From positions 3,626 through 67,625 of the forward strand of contig JBAUEH010000111.1 of NCBI GenBank assembly GCA_049678505.1: 64,000 bases of DNA, written 5' to 3'. Positions 62,444 to 64,000 of this stretch are shown here, piece by piece. How positions within the stretch are numbered: the first letter of the stretch is position 1; each line of letters begins with the position of its first letter. A program made the position numbers and the translations under genes. The notes beneath the pieces were generated by a model, which had not been told where the DNA came from, ran no database searches, and was given only the letters and a program-made list of their open reading frames with translations. The stretch comes from Candidatus Acidiferrales bacterium (GTDB taxonomy: Bacteria > Acidobacteriota > Terriglobia > Acidiferrales > UBA7541).

Positions 62444-63169
62444 ATGGAGTCCATGGTCTTGCGCGTCCTCTTTTTTGGCCAGTTGAAGGAAATCGTCGGT
62501 GCCGCGGAGCACACCTTCGACGCTGCCGACGGCGCGCGCCTGGAAGACCTGTATTCGAGCTACGCGCAGAAATTTCCCCGCCTCGCGGAATTTCGCGCCT
62601 CAGTCGCCGCCTCGATCAACCAGGAATATGCGCCCTGGAATGCAAAGCCACGGGCTGGCGATGAAGTAGCTTTTCTTCCTCCCGTAAGCGGCGGATCATT
62701 GCAGTCCTTCGAGGGTATTTTCCAGATCGTGCGCGCAACGATCCGCACCGAACAAATTGTCGCTTCACTGAAAGCCGCCGAAGACGGCGCCGTTGCCGTA
62801 TTCGAAGGCATCGTCCGCAATCACTCGCGCGGCAAAAGCACCTTATACCTCGAATACGAGGCCTACGAGCCCATGGCGCTCGGCAAAATGCGCGAAATCG
62901 GCGCGCACATGCGCAAAGTTTTCACCATCGACAGGCTCGCCATGGTCCACCGTCTCGGCCGTCTCGAAATCGGCGAGACTAGCGTTCTCATCGCCGTCAG
63001 CTCCGCGCATCGCGCGGCGGCGTTCGACGCCTGCCGTTACGGCATCGACACTCTCAAGCGCCTGGTGCCCATTTGGAAGAAGGAGTATTTTTCCGATGGG
63101 GGCATCTGGTCGGAGGGCGAAAAAATTCCTGCGGAAGCCTTTTTGCCGCAGCGCACATCTACTCCCTAG
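62444..63169 (+). CDS. moaDE: molybdopterin synthase MoaD::MoaE fusion protein
   Basis: The MoaD part is MVLRVLFFGQLKEIVG...DEVAFLPPVSGG, with the internal Gly-Gly. The MoaE part is GAVAVFEGIVRNHSRGK...LEYEAYEPMA...IGETSVLIAVSSAHRAAAFDACRYGIDTLKRLVPIWKKE. The start is ATG 62444 or 62453. Confidence 0.8.
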   Translation: MESMVLRVLFFGQLKEIVGAAEHTFDAADGARLEDLYSSYAQKFPRLAEFRASVAASINQEYAPWNAKPRAGDEVAFLPPVSGGSLQSFEGIFQIVRATIRTEQIVASLKAAEDGAVAVFEGIVRNHSRGKSTLYLEYEAYEPMALGKMREIGAHMRKVFTIDRLAMVHRLGRLEIGETSVLIAVSSAHRAAAFDACRYGIDTLKRLVPIWKKEYFSDGGIWSEGEKIPAEAFLPQRTSTP

Positions 63170-63170
63170 A

Positions 63171-64000
63171 ATGAATCGCCAGAAGAATCACATTTCGACC
63201 GGCAACGCGGCCCTAGCGGTTGTCTTGTGCTTTTGCGCGATTCTGTTTCTGCCGGCGAATGTCGGCGCGCAAGCCGGCTCGCGCAAAGAGCCGCATCTTC
63301 GCGTCCAGACCGATCTCGTGACTGTTCCCGCGAGCGTGCTTGACGCTACCGGCAAACCGGTCTCGGACTTGCCCGAGTCCGCGTTCAAGCTCTATCAAGA
63401 CGGCGTCGAGCAGAAGATCGCAAAATTCGAAACGCAAACTGACCGCCCCCTCGAGCTTGCTCTCATGGTGGATTCCAGTCTCAGCACGTTGAAGGACACC
63501 AAATTTGAAAACGAAGCCACCGCACGTTTCATACGCCTTGTCGTGCGGCCGGGCGACCTGCTCGGCGTTTTTGAATTTTCCGATTATGTTTACGAGCTCT
63601 CTGACTTCTCGGCAAATGTTGCCAAGCTCGAAGCCGCCGCGGAAAGGATCGCGCCGGGGGCAGGAACTTCGCTTTACGACGCAATCGTTCTCGGTTCTCA
63701 GCAACTGGAAACATTGCCCCAGGACCGTCGGCGCGTCATCGTTTTGGTCACCGACGCTGGCGAGACCACCAGCAAGTCCAGCTTTGAGGTCGCACGCCGC
63801 GACGCCATCGCATCCGAAGCCTTGCTCTACACCATCCTCATCCGCCCAGTGCCCACTGAGAGCGGCCGCAACACCGGCGGCGAGCATGCCATCGACACCA
63901 TCATCGATTCCACCGGCGGCGCGGTCTATTATCCCGATGTGCTGACGCAATTGGACGCCATGTTCCAGCAAATCAGCCGCGAGCTGCGTACACAGTATCT
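63171..64000 (+). CDS. VWA-domain protein (acidobacterial VWFA-related type), 3'-truncated by the window edge
   Basis: My own translation from ATG 63171 stays open to position 64000. It reads MNRQKNHISTGNAALAVVLCFCAILFLPANVGAQ...LRVQTDLVTVPASVLDATGKPVSDL...LELALMVDSSLS...GTSLYDAI...RRVIVLVTDAGET.... It is absent from the ORF track because no stop codon falls inside the window. Confidence 0.8.
   Translation, partial: MNRQKNHISTGNAALAVVLCFCAILFLPANVGAQAGSRKEPHLRVQTDLVTVPASVLDATGKPVSDLPESAFKLYQDGVEQKIAKFETQTDRPLELALMVDSSLSTLKDTKFENEATARFIRLVVRPGDLLGVFEFSDYVYELSDFSANVAKLEAAAERIAPGAGTSLYDAIVLGSQQLETLPQDRRRVIVLVTDAGETTSKSSFEVARRDAIASEALLYTILIRPVPTESGRNTGGEHAIDTIIDSTGGAVYYPDVLTQLDAMFQQISRELRTQY

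Noticed and set aside
1-64000. Search for transposases, integrases, phage structural genes, restriction-modification, toxin-antitoxin or other recognisable defence genes
   Set aside because: None of the credible ORFs shows the corresponding motifs. The two repeat-bounded segments (tRNA-Glu islet and the lysS-adjacent segment) lack any recombinase.

Overview
This is a GC-rich 64-kb chromosomal segment from a diderm bacterium. Its gene content fits Acidobacteriota best: an acidobacterial-type VWA protein, several ECF sigma/anti-sigma pairs, and DUF4097, FG-GAP and YVTN surface proteins. That placement is an inference, because no rRNA is present to confirm it. I can support about 55 protein genes and one tRNA-Glu(UUC). 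I found no rRNA, CRISPR array, transposase or integrase. The housekeeping backbone is recG-rsmD, aroK, lysS-lolE, lolD-clpC, bamA ... skp, rimP-nusA-infB-DUF503-rbfA-truB, mscL, trxB, proline dehydrogenase and a moaD::moaE fusion. The unusual content is as follows. (1) An FTR1-type iron-permease cluster built from fusions: FTR1::DUF2318, two FtsX permeases, and an ABC ATPase carrying a complete DtxR-like metalloregulator module. It has a 25-bp palindrome at its promoter. (2) An orphan secretin whose pore domain is split by a seven-repeat FG-GAP propeller. (3) Two convergent ECF sigma/anti-sigma/DUF4097 modules, one of them translationally coupled to aroK, plus a third ECF pair. (4) A 1.2-kb AT-richer islet at tRNA-Glu, bounded by a perfect 47-bp repeat of the tRNA 3' half and lacking an integrase. 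(5) A single-gene segment next to lysS bounded by a perfect 17-bp direct repeat and ~40-bp inverted repeats. (6) A triple-frameshifted Ig-like lipoprotein gene heading a metzincin operon. (7) Several candidate small RNA or leader elements. Many long ORFs in the supplied track are antisense or alternative-frame shadows typical of GC-rich DNA. One real gene (VWA, 63171 to the window end) is missing from the track because it runs off the edge.
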